A DNA stretch of 64,000 bases from Vulcanimicrobiota bacterium. GTDB taxonomy: Bacteria > Vulcanimicrobiota > SpSt-956 > JAKJGF01. Positions 27,842 through 36,060 of this stretch are shown here, piece after piece. Position numbers and translations under genes: made by a program. Numbering within the stretch: position 1 is the stretch's first letter; every line of letters starts with the position of its first letter. The stretch spans positions 8,538 through 72,537 of the forward strand of contig JBEHWO010000002.1 of NCBI GenBank assembly GCA_040217695.1, in the 5' to 3' direction. The notes beneath the pieces are model-generated. The model was given only the letters and a program-made list of their open reading frames with translations. It ran no database searches and was not told where the DNA came from.

Positions 27842-28990
27842 TTATATGACACCTCCATCTCCGAGAGATATGCCCATAGCTCTTGCAATCTTCATAAATA
27901 AACTGTCAGATGGAACAGTCCTTATTTTATTAATAGCCTCCGTAAGAGGAACGAATTTGAGTTCAGGCGGTCTGAAAGACACCATTACACCGCTCAGATT
28001 TTCCTTCAGAGCAAGAACTGCCCCCGCACCATAGCCCATTGCAAGCTGTCTGTCCACTGCAGTCGGTGTCCCTCCTTTTACCAGAGGTCCTGTTACCAGG
28101 GGGTAAGTATCATGGGCAGTGAGGCGGCGAAGTTCCAGTGCCACACTATGGGCAGCATGACCTGTTCTTTCTATGACATGAGAGCCTTCAGCATCTGTAG
28201 CCAGAGGAGAAAGAGATGCTCTGAGAGGATTATTAACAGTCTGCTGGACGTTAGAAGGAGATGCACCATCTGCCACTATTACCAGTCCGTAAGTTTTTCC
28301 TCTCTTAAACTTCTCTTCCAGCTTTTCCGCCACCTTACGGAGATCGTAAGGTATTTCCGGTATAAGCACTGCATCGGCACATACTGCTATGGCAGACTGT
28401 AAAGCAAGCCATCCCGTGTGTTCGCCCATTACTTCCACTACTCCGATTTTTCCTGCCGATTCTGCTGCCTGTCTGGCTCTTTCCAGCAATTCTGTGGTAA
28501 AACTCAGTGTGCTGTTAAAGCCATAGGACAGCATGGTAGCTTCCATATCATTTTCTGCCGATTTCGGTATGCAGATAGTTTTAAGCCCCTTACGGTGTAA
28601 TTTATATATTATGCCGAGTGCTCTATTTCCTGATACCGAGATAACACTCTGAATATTTTCTTTACCTATCCTGTCCAGAAGTTCTTCAGATCTGTCTATC
28701 TCACTTACCCCCTCATCTGATTCAGTGCGGACATGAAAAGGATCTGTACTGGCCGATGTGCCCAGTATGCATCCTGTAGAACTTAAAAGACCTTCTACTA
28801 TGGCGGGAGTAAGTTTTACCGTGCCGCCATGGGGATAACGGTCAGGGAAAAGCAGTCCATCAAAGCCGTCTCTGATACCAATGACTTCCCATCCAAGTTC
28901 ATTTGCAGCCATTACTGCTCCTGCCAGGACAGAATTCAGGCCTGGCACATATCTGCCGGCAATATTAATGGCTATTTTCTGTGTGTTCAT
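27842..28990 (-). CDS. Phosphofructokinase-fold protein with degenerate catalytic and ATP-binding motifs
   Basis: Aligns with the PfkA layout, but GGD is AGR (IAINIAGRYVPGLN), GGDGS is SGNRA, TIDND is SAEND and MGR is MGE (VEVMGEHTGWLA). The ATG at 28990 was chosen; the longer 29089 ORF would overlap the upstream gene extensively. Confidence 0.65.
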   Translation of the reverse strand: MNTQKIAINIAGRYVPGLNSVLAGAVMAANELGWEVIGIRDGFDGLLFPDRYPHGGTVKLTPAIVEGLLSSTGCILGTSASTDPFHVRTESDEGVSEIDRSEELLDRIGKENIQSVISVSGNRALGIIYKLHRKGLKTICIPKSAENDMEATMLSYGFNSTLSFTTELLERARQAAESAGKIGVVEVMGEHTGWLALQSAIAVCADAVLIPEIPYDLRKVAEKLEEKFKRGKTYGLVIVADGASPSNVQQTVNNPLRASLSPLATDAEGSHVIERTGHAAHSVALELRRLTAHDTYPLVTGPLVKGGTPTAVDRQLAMGYGAGAVLALKENLSGVMVSFRPPELKFVPLTEAINKIRTVPSDSLFMKIARAMGISLGDGGVI

Positions 28991-29390
28991 AATCTTGTTC
29001 CTTTCTTTTCTTATAAAACAGGCGGGCAATATGTGTGGCAGGGCCACGTAACAGTATATATGGCACAGTAGCAAGGACCAGAGCCACAATCAGGGCCTGT
29101 ACCGGGTAAAAAAATCTGAGGGCTATTATCTGATATACAGTATCCAGTATAAAGGCAGCTATAAATATCTTACCAAAATCCTTCCACCCGTGCTGAAGGA
29201 GTCTTTTTCTTGTAGAGGGATTTGTAAGAATTTCCGATAAATAGGCAGGATTACCTTCCCTGGCATCTCTTATGCCGGCTCTTATTGCAAGGATGGAGGC
29301 CATGAGAGGCTGAAGGATCAGTCTCATATGCATTGGCCCATCTAACCGTCCAAGTAACTGTGTTATTCCACGAATTATCATTTCTTCCAT
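28965..29390 (-). CDS. Small membrane protein of unknown function, paralogue of 11357-11743
   Basis: See 11357-11743. Its 3' end overlaps the PFK-like gene by 26 nt. Confidence 0.7.
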   Translation of the reverse strand: MEEMIIRGITQLLGRLDGPMHMRLILQPLMASILAIRAGIRDAREGNPAYLSEILTNPSTRKRLLQHGWKDFGKIFIAAFILDTVYQIIALRFFYPVQALIVALVLATVPYILLRGPATHIARLFYKKRKEQDYEHTENSH

Positions 29391-29411
29391 AGTTTAGTTC
29401 CTCTGAGAAAT

Positions 29412-29446
29412 AGACCGGGAGTTAGATTGACTCTATCTCCCGGTCT
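29412..29446 (-). terminator. Intra-operon hairpin directly downstream of the GRE gene; possible partial terminator
   Basis: agaccgggag / 15-nt loop / ctcccggtct: a 10-bp perfect stem between the GRE stop (29451) and the next gene start (29390). Confidence 0.4.
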
Positions 29447-29450
29447 GTTA

Positions 29451-31928
29451 CTATACTTCCTCTGTCCTTGCTATAATCTCTGCCTGAAGTGCCGGCGAGA
29501 GATCCACAAAGTAGGCAGAATATCCTGCTATTCGCACAATGAGGTTACGGTATTTATCCGGTTCCTTCTGTGCTGCAAGGAGCGTTTCCCTGTTAAGAAT
29601 ATTGAACTGAATATGCCAGTGTTTCATCTGACTCCAGGAGCGGATTATCTGCATAAGTCTTCTTGTGCCTTCCTCTCCTGCAACACTGGCAGGGCTGAAC
29701 TTCATGTTCAGGAGGTCCGGCCCCTTTTCTTTATAGCTCAGGCATCTGCCTGCGGCTGCAGACTTCAGTGTGGCAGTAGGCCCTTTTACATCCATGCCGT
29801 GACAGGCGGAAATACCTTCGGACAGATATTCTCCGGCTTTTCTCCCGTTAGGTGTGGCCCATGTAACCATGCCCATAGGGACATGGAAGGTAATGGGAAC
29901 ACAGCGAAGGAGGAAACACTGTCCGTGAGGTTTTAAGTGTTTATCCAGATATTTCAGAATGAATTCTTCAATCCTCCAGCCAAGGTGATCCACCCATTCT
30001 ATATCATTTCCGAATTTGGGAGCATTAACACACATCTGTCTTATAGCTTCTTTGCCTTCCCAGTTCTTTTCTATGGCATCAAGGAGTTGATCCCAGGTGA
30101 GCTTCTTTGTGTCATAAATAAGATGTTTGACTGCTGCAAGGCTGTCTATGGCAGTGGCCTTTCCTATGGTTTCAAGACAGGAGTGGTCTATGCCTCCCGG
30201 AATATATTCACCATGTCTGTGCAGATCCATACAGTGTTCCATAGCAAGGTCGTGTAACATAGATGTGGCAGGAGCGGCAAAATAATTTGATTTAATCCTG
30301 AGTGCCACATGCTGCTGTATCATGGCATGTTTTGTCAGATGTTCTATCTGGGTGCAGAATGCTTTAAAGCAGTCCTCAAAATCAGACCATTCCCGCGGGT
30401 CTCCTGTATCAACACCGAATTGTATGTCTCTTAAAACTTTGAGTTTTCCCCTGCGGCACATCATCTCTACGGCAGAACCGTAGTTGAATCCTCCGTTCCC
30501 TGTAACATTTGTTTCCCTGTTAATAAGACGGTTTTCACAGCACCCTGATATGTTCCAGTCCAGAGCTTCATGTAAAGTGGCACCATTGGCCAGATAGAAG
30601 GGCACAATATACTCATCGTTCAGGAGTTTCGGGAAGCCCTTGCCGTCTTTTATAACCTCTGCCACATAATGGAGGAACTTATCAGGTGTACCGGCATGAA
30701 TTCTGATACATGGTTCAGGAGTGGTAATGGGAAGGGCTCTCGTAGATTCCAGTATAAGATAGGAAAGTTCATTTGTTGCATCCAGTCCGTCCGGAGTCTG
30801 TCCTCCCAGGCATATATCTTCGAATTTGGCAAATCCTTCGGCACCTTTTGCTACTACCGGGTTAAGTTTAAGCTCCACACATTGATTCATATTCAGCCAC
30901 ATACAATGAAGTAATTCTCTGGCGGATTCTTTCGTAATCCTTCCTTCAGAAATATCCTTCCTGTAATAAGGCAGGAGATACTGATCCCATCTGCCCTGTC
31001 CCATGGCACTGCTTGTCTGTTCTATGCGGTTAAACATCTGTCCCCACCACTGGGCCTGAAGGGCTTCATAGAAATTTCTTGCAGGATTTTCCGGCACATG
31101 ATTACAGATTTCTGCAATCTGTTTCAGTTCTTTTTTCCTCTGTTCATTCTTCTCTTTTTCTGCCATTTCATGTGCAAGGGCAGCATAACGTTTTGACCAT
31201 ATTGTCATGGCGTCACAGGCAATAATCACTGCCTCAAGGAAAGGCTTTTTATAGACAAAATCCCTTGGTTCTTCTATATCGGCCAGTTTTGCCTGAGCTT
31301 CTTCCCTTATGCCTTTACAGCCTTTCATAAGGATCTTGTTAAAGTCAGGGGTCCAGTTCTGGGAGTGGCGCATTATAGAACTTCCCATTATAACAAGAGT
31401 GAGAAGGACTGTATTCTTCGGATCAGGCCCGTATAGCATGGTTCTTGTTTCCTGCGGCAATTCCCTGTGATATGCAGTGCCATAATCCCTGCCTGACCAG
31501 TAAGGAGTGAGGATTTCATCTATTATCTTTTTATCCTCATCTGTTACCACTACTTCCCCTGTCTTTCCTTTATTTTTGAGAAATTCTTCCACACCCAGAG
31601 GCATAATGCTCCCGTCCAGTTCTGCATAGACGATACCCCATTTCCCGAGCCATGTATTTGGTCTTCCCAGAATGAGCTCATCATCGAAAATAGTTACAGG
31701 CACATGTTCTGCAAAATGCTTCTCCGCTTTCGCCCAGCGAAGAACAAGGGGCTGCCCTTCTGTTTCCTTCAGAGATTCTGTAAAGAGAACTGCTCTATCC
31801 AGGCTGACTCTTGGAGGGCCGTATTTCTGAATAGCTTCCAGTATCCTCAATACCCTGTCTGTGACTCCTTCCAGGAGGGATTTCTTTTCGCTATGAATAG
31901 CCTGTTCCTGTGTTGATAATACTTGCAT
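29451..31928 (-). CDS. Glycyl radical enzyme (PFL2/dehydratase-like clade), substrate unknown
   Basis: C-terminal glycyl motif LIVRIAGYSAYFVDLSPALQAEIIART, with Gly at 29523-29525. Catalytic Cys loop NISGCCENR at 30534-30545. The ATG at 31928 follows AAAGGA. Confidence 0.85.
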   Translation of the reverse strand: MQVLSTQEQAIHSEKKSLLEGVTDRVLRILEAIQKYGPPRVSLDRAVLFTESLKETEGQPLVLRWAKAEKHFAEHVPVTIFDDELILGRPNTWLGKWGIVYAELDGSIMPLGVEEFLKNKGKTGEVVVTDEDKKIIDEILTPYWSGRDYGTAYHRELPQETRTMLYGPDPKNTVLLTLVIMGSSIMRHSQNWTPDFNKILMKGCKGIREEAQAKLADIEEPRDFVYKKPFLEAVIIACDAMTIWSKRYAALAHEMAEKEKNEQRKKELKQIAEICNHVPENPARNFYEALQAQWWGQMFNRIEQTSSAMGQGRWDQYLLPYYRKDISEGRITKESARELLHCMWLNMNQCVELKLNPVVAKGAEGFAKFEDICLGGQTPDGLDATNELSYLILESTRALPITTPEPCIRIHAGTPDKFLHYVAEVIKDGKGFPKLLNDEYIVPFYLANGATLHEALDWNISGCCENRLINRETNVTGNGGFNYGSAVEMMCRRGKLKVLRDIQFGVDTGDPREWSDFEDCFKAFCTQIEHLTKHAMIQQHVALRIKSNYFAAPATSMLHDLAMEHCMDLHRHGEYIPGGIDHSCLETIGKATAIDSLAAVKHLIYDTKKLTWDQLLDAIEKNWEGKEAIRQMCVNAPKFGNDIEWVDHLGWRIEEFILKYLDKHLKPHGQCFLLRCVPITFHVPMGMVTWATPNGRKAGEYLSEGISACHGMDVKGPTATLKSAAAGRCLSYKEKGPDLLNMKFSPASVAGEEGTRRLMQIIRSWSQMKHWHIQFNILNRETLLAAQKEPDKYRNLIVRIAGYSAYFVDLSPALQAEIIARTEEV

Positions 31929-31979
31929 AAATATAATCCTTTCTTTCAGGGGCGCATATCTCACTGCACCCCTGTGTGA

Positions 31980-32801
31980 TTAATGATGCCCTTTTGCTTT
32001 CATTTCTTCCATTCTCTGTCTCACTATGGGACGGAGATCTTCTCCGAAACCAGTAAGGACGCCGCCGTCCACTGCCAGGAACTGTCCTGTAATCATATCT
32101 GATTTATCACTGGCAAGAAATACTGCTGCATAACCTATTTCTTCTATCGTACAGAAACGGCCAAGGGGAACCAGTCTTTTGCTGACCTTATCCCTGTATT
32201 CCTGAGTGGTTCCTTCTGCCATAAGAGGAGTAAAAACTCCTCCCGGACAGATGGCATTTACATTAATACGGCTGTCTGCAAGTTCCCAGGCAAGGTGATG
32301 GGTAAGTCCTGTCACTGCATATTTTGAAGCAGTATAGTCTGCACTGCCGAAAAAGGTCATTCTGAGGCCTGCTGTAGAGGCTATGTTGATTATCTTTCCT
32401 TTACCCTGTGACATCATAGTGGGAATAACTGCCTGACAGCAGATATAAACACCTTTCAGGTTCACTCCCAGAGTTCTGTCCCATTGATCTTCAGGAATAT
32501 CTTTTAAAAGACGGGGCGGTGCTTCTATGCCGGCATTATTTACCAGAATATCAACTGAACCGTATTCTTTCAGAGTGGCAGCAACCATAGAGTCAACCTC
32601 TGATTTCTTTACTACATCTGCAGCAATGGGCATAGCAATACCCCCTGCTGCTATGATTTCCTGAGCTGTGCCTTCAACTTCTTTCAATTTCCTGCCGTTT
32701 ATGATAACCTTTGCCCCGGCACGGGCGAATTCCATAGCTATACCTTTTCCTATGCCTCTTCCTGAGCCTGTTACAATTGCTACTTTATCTTTTAATTCCA
32801 T
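31980..32801 (-). CDS. Short-chain dehydrogenase/reductase (FabG-like)
   Basis: TGSGRGIGKGIA (TGxxxGxG), NNAG, and the S..YxxxK triad (YTASKYAV). Confidence 0.85.
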   Translation of the reverse strand: MELKDKVAIVTGSGRGIGKGIAMEFARAGAKVIINGRKLKEVEGTAQEIIAAGGIAMPIAADVVKKSEVDSMVAATLKEYGSVDILVNNAGIEAPPRLLKDIPEDQWDRTLGVNLKGVYICCQAVIPTMMSQGKGKIINIASTAGLRMTFFGSADYTASKYAVTGLTHHLAWELADSRINVNAICPGGVFTPLMAEGTTQEYRDKVSKRLVPLGRFCTIEEIGYAAVFLASDKSDMITGQFLAVDGGVLTGFGEDLRPIVRQRMEEMKAKGHH

Positions 32802-33011
32802 AATTATTCTCCTTTTTGATATTTAAGTTTTTCTTTTTAATAACCTGTGATTTTTATTGACTTTTTCTCTTCACCTCCATGATGTTATTTTTGAAAATTT
32901 TCCCTCACTTTCATTGCTGCAATTTCTACATGGAACTATTCTGTAACAAATCTCCTTTTTTTGCTTGATTTGCAGATATTACCTGGAATTTTTTCATACT
33001 TTATACTAAAA

Positions 33012-33099
33012 ATTATAGCAATAATAACAGAAGGATGTAAATTATACTTTAGTATAGGTTCACTGCTATGGTTTGATAAAATTTATATACTAAAGTATA
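33012..33099 (-). promoter_or_regulatory. Dual-box promoter P4-minus driving the SDR-GRE operon
   Basis: On the minus strand: box A 33099-33086, box B 33056-33043 (tatactaaagtata, 43 nt later), tataat 33017-33012 (39 nt after the start of box B). Confidence 0.55.
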
Positions 33100-33129
33100 A
33101 TTTGTATTTTTTATTAAATCTAATATAAT
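33043..33129 (+). promoter_or_regulatory. Dual-box promoter P4-plus; uses the same two boxes in mirror image
   Basis: Box A 33043-33056, box B tatactaaagtata 33086-33099 (43 nt), tataat 33124-33129 (38 nt). It points into the antisense strand of the PIN/antitoxin pair. Confidence 0.5.
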
Positions 33130-33173
33130 ACTTTTTACAAATTAATAAGGAGGTGTGTAAAAAATGCAGCTAT

Positions 33174-33590
33174 TTATTGAGGTTTTCTTAAAAATCCCAT
33201 ATGTTCAAAATGTCTATCAAAAGCAAATACTTCTATAAGACCGAGTTTTTCCATTACAACTTTACTTGTACAATCAGTGAAAGACCATATTTTGTCTCTA
33301 TTAAACTGTTCAAAAACTTCCCAGGAATATTTTTCTATTTCTATATTTACATAATATATAATAAGCAGATTATTACTTATAAATTGATCCAGTTTATATT
33401 TAAAATCAATTGTTTTCCCATAGCCTGTATTCATCAGCATTAATGTATAGGTTTCATCCAGAATATAATTGGTAGTGATAAGACGGCTTCTGGAAATAAG
33501 AATTTTATTCTTAAATTCCATTGCTTTTTCATGATTGGCATCTTTCTTATCTTCAATAGCTATCCATGCACCTGTATCTACAAAGATCAT
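33174..33590 (-). CDS. vapC: PIN-domain toxin (VapC-like)
   Basis: MIFVDTGAWIAIEDKKDANHEKA.., conserved acidic residues, and a 4-nt overlap (ATGA) with the upstream antitoxin. Confidence 0.8.
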   Translation of the reverse strand: MIFVDTGAWIAIEDKKDANHEKAMEFKNKILISRSRLITTNYILDETYTLMLMNTGYGKTIDFKYKLDQFISNNLLIIYYVNIEIEKYSWEVFEQFNRDKIWSFTDCTSKVVMEKLGLIEVFAFDRHFEHMGFLRKPQ

Positions 33591-33829
33591 TTTTTTTCTC
33601 CATATAAATATTGATTATGATTTTCAGAAGGATTATCTAAAATACCTTCTACAGCATCTTCTCCAAATTTTTTTAATAATTCCCAGCCTTCCAATCTGAC
33701 TGACGGCAATATAAATATAGCCCCCTTCTGGATTACTAATTCCACCTCTTCACCTATATCTGCTTCATTTATTATAGATTTTCCAAGTACAAGACGATTA
33801 TTTATTTTTTGTTTTAAAATCCTGCTCAT
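33587..33829 (-). CDS. vapB: AbrB/SpoVT-type antitoxin (VapB-like)
   Basis: 80 aa. RLVLGKSIINEADIGEEVELVIQKGAIFILP, a swapped-hairpin barrel signature. Translationally coupled to the PIN gene. Confidence 0.7.
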   Translation of the reverse strand: MSRILKQKINNRLVLGKSIINEADIGEEVELVIQKGAIFILPSVRLEGWELLKKFGEDAVEGILDNPSENHNQYLYGEKK

Positions 33830-33989
33830 AATACGTGCCTCCTTTCTTCCATCAAATTTATATTTTCAGTTTCAGCATAACAGAAACCCCTCTGTAAAGC
33901 AACCTTTTTATTCATATTTTCCTCATCTTCACTGTCAGAATTTATTTTGACTTCTGACTTCTTTCTGTCCTGTTTTTAAAAAATAGATA

Positions 33990-34088
33990 TATACTAAAGT
34001 ATAGTTTTTTTATTTTTTACATAATATATTTCTCATAGTTTCTTATACTAAAGGGTAATATACTTACCATATTTCCCAATGATATAAT
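33990..34088 (+). promoter_or_regulatory. Dual-box promoter module P5
   Basis: Box A tatactaaagtata 33990-34003. Box B tatactaaagggta 34044-34057 (54 nt). tataat 34083-34088 (39 nt). Confidence 0.55.
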
Positions 34089-34144
34089 AAATTAATTCTC
34101 TTCTTTAGAAAAATCACCGGTAATTATAAAAGGAGGTTACATTT

Positions 34145-35191
34145 ATGAAAGCAATTATAGTTGACCCGAAAGTTCCAAATTCCGCAAGACTGGAAGATAT
34201 ACCTGAGCCGGATATAAGTGAAGGATCAGTTCTTGTGGAAGCCATTGCCGTAGGTGTCTGCGGTACAGATGTGGAGATTGTAGAAGGTAAATACGGATGG
34301 GCACCGCCGGGATATAAAAGTCTTGTGCTCGGTCATGAATCCCTTGGAAGGGTAATAGATCCCGGGCCGAAGAGCCATTTAAAAAAGGGAGATCTCGTAG
34401 CCGGTATAGTCCGTCGTCCTGATCCTGTGCCATGTCCTAACTGTGCCGTAGGTGAGTGGGATATGTGCCGTAACGGCCAGTATACAGAGAGAGGTATTAA
34501 AGAAATTCACGGATTTATGTCAGAAAGATGGCGCACCGAACCGGAATATGCCATAAAGGTAGATCCTTCCCTTGGAATACTTGGAGTACTTCTGGAACCT
34601 ATGACAGTTATAACTAAAGCCCTGGAACAGGTAGTCTTTGGAGGAAGGAGGTCCTTCTGGGAACCGAAAACTGTCCTCGTTACAGGAGTCGGTGCCATAG
34701 GCCTCCTGGCAGCACTCAGAGTGAAAGCTATAGGTCTTGAGCTCCATGTTCTTGCCAGAACCAAAACGGGACTCAAGCCGGAACTGGTACGTGAACTGGG
34801 CGCAAACTATCATACAGGAAGTGTCCTGGACCTTGACTTTGAACCTGATGTCATAGTGGAGTGCACCGGTGTCGGTTCTGTAATATCAGAATGTATACAG
34901 AAAGTCGGAGCAGGAGGAATAATATGTCTCACAGGAGTCGGATCTGGAGGTTTTGCCAACAGACCTGTAGCAGATATTGCATCGGCAGCAGTTCTCAAAA
35001 ACAATCTGATTGTAGGAAGTGTAAATGCCAACAAACGTCACTGGTATAAAGCTGCTGAGAACCTGGCTTCTTCTGACAGAAAGTGGTTGAGAAAGATGAT
35101 CACCAGAATTGAAAAACCTGAGAATTTCAAAGATGCTCTGGCAAGAAGCTCAGAGGATATAAAAGTTATCATTCAGTTCAGCGAGGTGTAA
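34145..35191 (+). CDS. Zn-dependent MDR dehydrogenase, glucose 1-dehydrogenase-like
   Basis: The RBS AAGGAGG is present. AIAVGVCGTDVEIVEGKYG..LVLGHESLGRV, structural-Zn Cys cluster PDPVPCPNCAVGEWDMC, and Rossmann motif VTGVGAIGLL. Confidence 0.8.
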   Translation: MKAIIVDPKVPNSARLEDIPEPDISEGSVLVEAIAVGVCGTDVEIVEGKYGWAPPGYKSLVLGHESLGRVIDPGPKSHLKKGDLVAGIVRRPDPVPCPNCAVGEWDMCRNGQYTERGIKEIHGFMSERWRTEPEYAIKVDPSLGILGVLLEPMTVITKALEQVVFGGRRSFWEPKTVLVTGVGAIGLLAALRVKAIGLELHVLARTKTGLKPELVRELGANYHTGSVLDLDFEPDVIVECTGVGSVISECIQKVGAGGIICLTGVGSGGFANRPVADIASAAVLKNNLIVGSVNANKRHWYKAAENLASSDRKWLRKMITRIEKPENFKDALARSSEDIKVIIQFSEV

Positions 35192-35199
35192 TATATATA

Positions 35200-35907
35200 A
35201 TGAAAAATTATAATGAACAGAATATTCCGGGCCAGGAGGCATTAATCCACCCGATAACTACGGACTGGATCGATATTTCTGTGCCGATTTATTCCGGTAT
35301 GGTCCACTGGCCAGGCGATCCTGCCGTGCAGATCGAACTTGTTCATGATATGTCCCGTGGAGATGTGGCCAATGTTTCAAAGCTGGATATGGGTGCCCAT
35401 AGTGGCACCCATATGGATGGACTCCGGCATTTCATTGCAGACGGTGCAGGGCTCGATGAAATGCCACTGGATGCCACGATTGGCCCGGCCCGGGTGATAC
35501 CCATAAAGCATCATGAGGCTATACTTCCTGCAGAGCTGGAGTTACACAGTCTGAAAGCAGGGGAGCGAGTACTCTTTCGCACCAGAAACTCAGAAAGATG
35601 CTGGAAAGAAAGCAGATTTATCGAAGATTTTGTCTATATAAGTGCTACAGCAGCAAAATTCCTTGTTCAGAAAAAGATAAGGACTGTAGGCATTGATTAC
35701 CTGTCAGTGGGAGGTTATGTCCACGATGGCGTCGAAACCCATCAAATACTACTTGGTGCTGGAATATGGCTCATAGAAGGGCTAAACCTGTCTGCTGTGA
35801 AACCAGGAACCTATGAACTGGTCTGTCTGCCTCTGAGAGTTCTCGGTTCCGATGGAGCACCGGCAAGGGCTATTCTGAGGGAGGCCGGTCATCAGGCAAG
35901 CAAATAA
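35200..35907 (+). CDS. Cyclase-family protein (arylformamidase/kynurenine formamidase-like)
   Basis: HWPGDP..GAHSGTHMDGLRHF..VGIDYLSVG. Confidence 0.8.
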   Translation: MKNYNEQNIPGQEALIHPITTDWIDISVPIYSGMVHWPGDPAVQIELVHDMSRGDVANVSKLDMGAHSGTHMDGLRHFIADGAGLDEMPLDATIGPARVIPIKHHEAILPAELELHSLKAGERVLFRTRNSERCWKESRFIEDFVYISATAAKFLVQKKIRTVGIDYLSVGGYVHDGVETHQILLGAGIWLIEGLNLSAVKPGTYELVCLPLRVLGSDGAPARAILREAGHQASK

Positions 35908-35963
35908 GGATGCTTATGGTAATGACGGTACCCTTCGCCAGGAGTGCAATGGTATTAAGATAA

Positions 35964-36000
35964 GGGAAATCTCTCCATGATTTCCCTCCCCGTCGGGGAG
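35964..36000 (+). terminator. Two adjacent hairpins after the cyclase gene
   Basis: gggaaatc/tctccat/gatttccc, then ctcccc/gtc/ggggag. Confidence 0.45.
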
Positions 36001-36060
36001 AAGTCAGGAGAGGGGGCGAATTTAATTGTTTATCTTTTAAGGTTTAAAGGAACAGCCAAT

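Noticed and set aside
26186-32801. A bacterial microcompartment or a known GRE pathway (choline, propanediol, hydroxyproline, isethionate) around the GRE.
   Set aside because: No shell-protein genes, aldehyde dehydrogenase/phosphotransacylase set, sulfite reductase or transporter typical of those loci is present.
32802-33011. The roughly 200-nt leader of the SDR-GRE operon as a riboswitch.
   Set aside because: I recognise no known riboswitch consensus, and the leader is AT-rich with little obvious structure. Covariance-model searches would be needed.
11691-36060. The longest-ORF start sites at 11691, 13368, 14946, 21202, 27888, 29089, 31964 and 35977. The same applies to 46327, 47348, 50141 and 50647.
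   Set aside because: The N-terminal extensions overlap upstream genes, hairpins or repeat arrays and lack an RBS. Internal ATGs with an AGGAG-type RBS, or with the expected N-termini (signal peptides, radical SAM leaders), were preferred.
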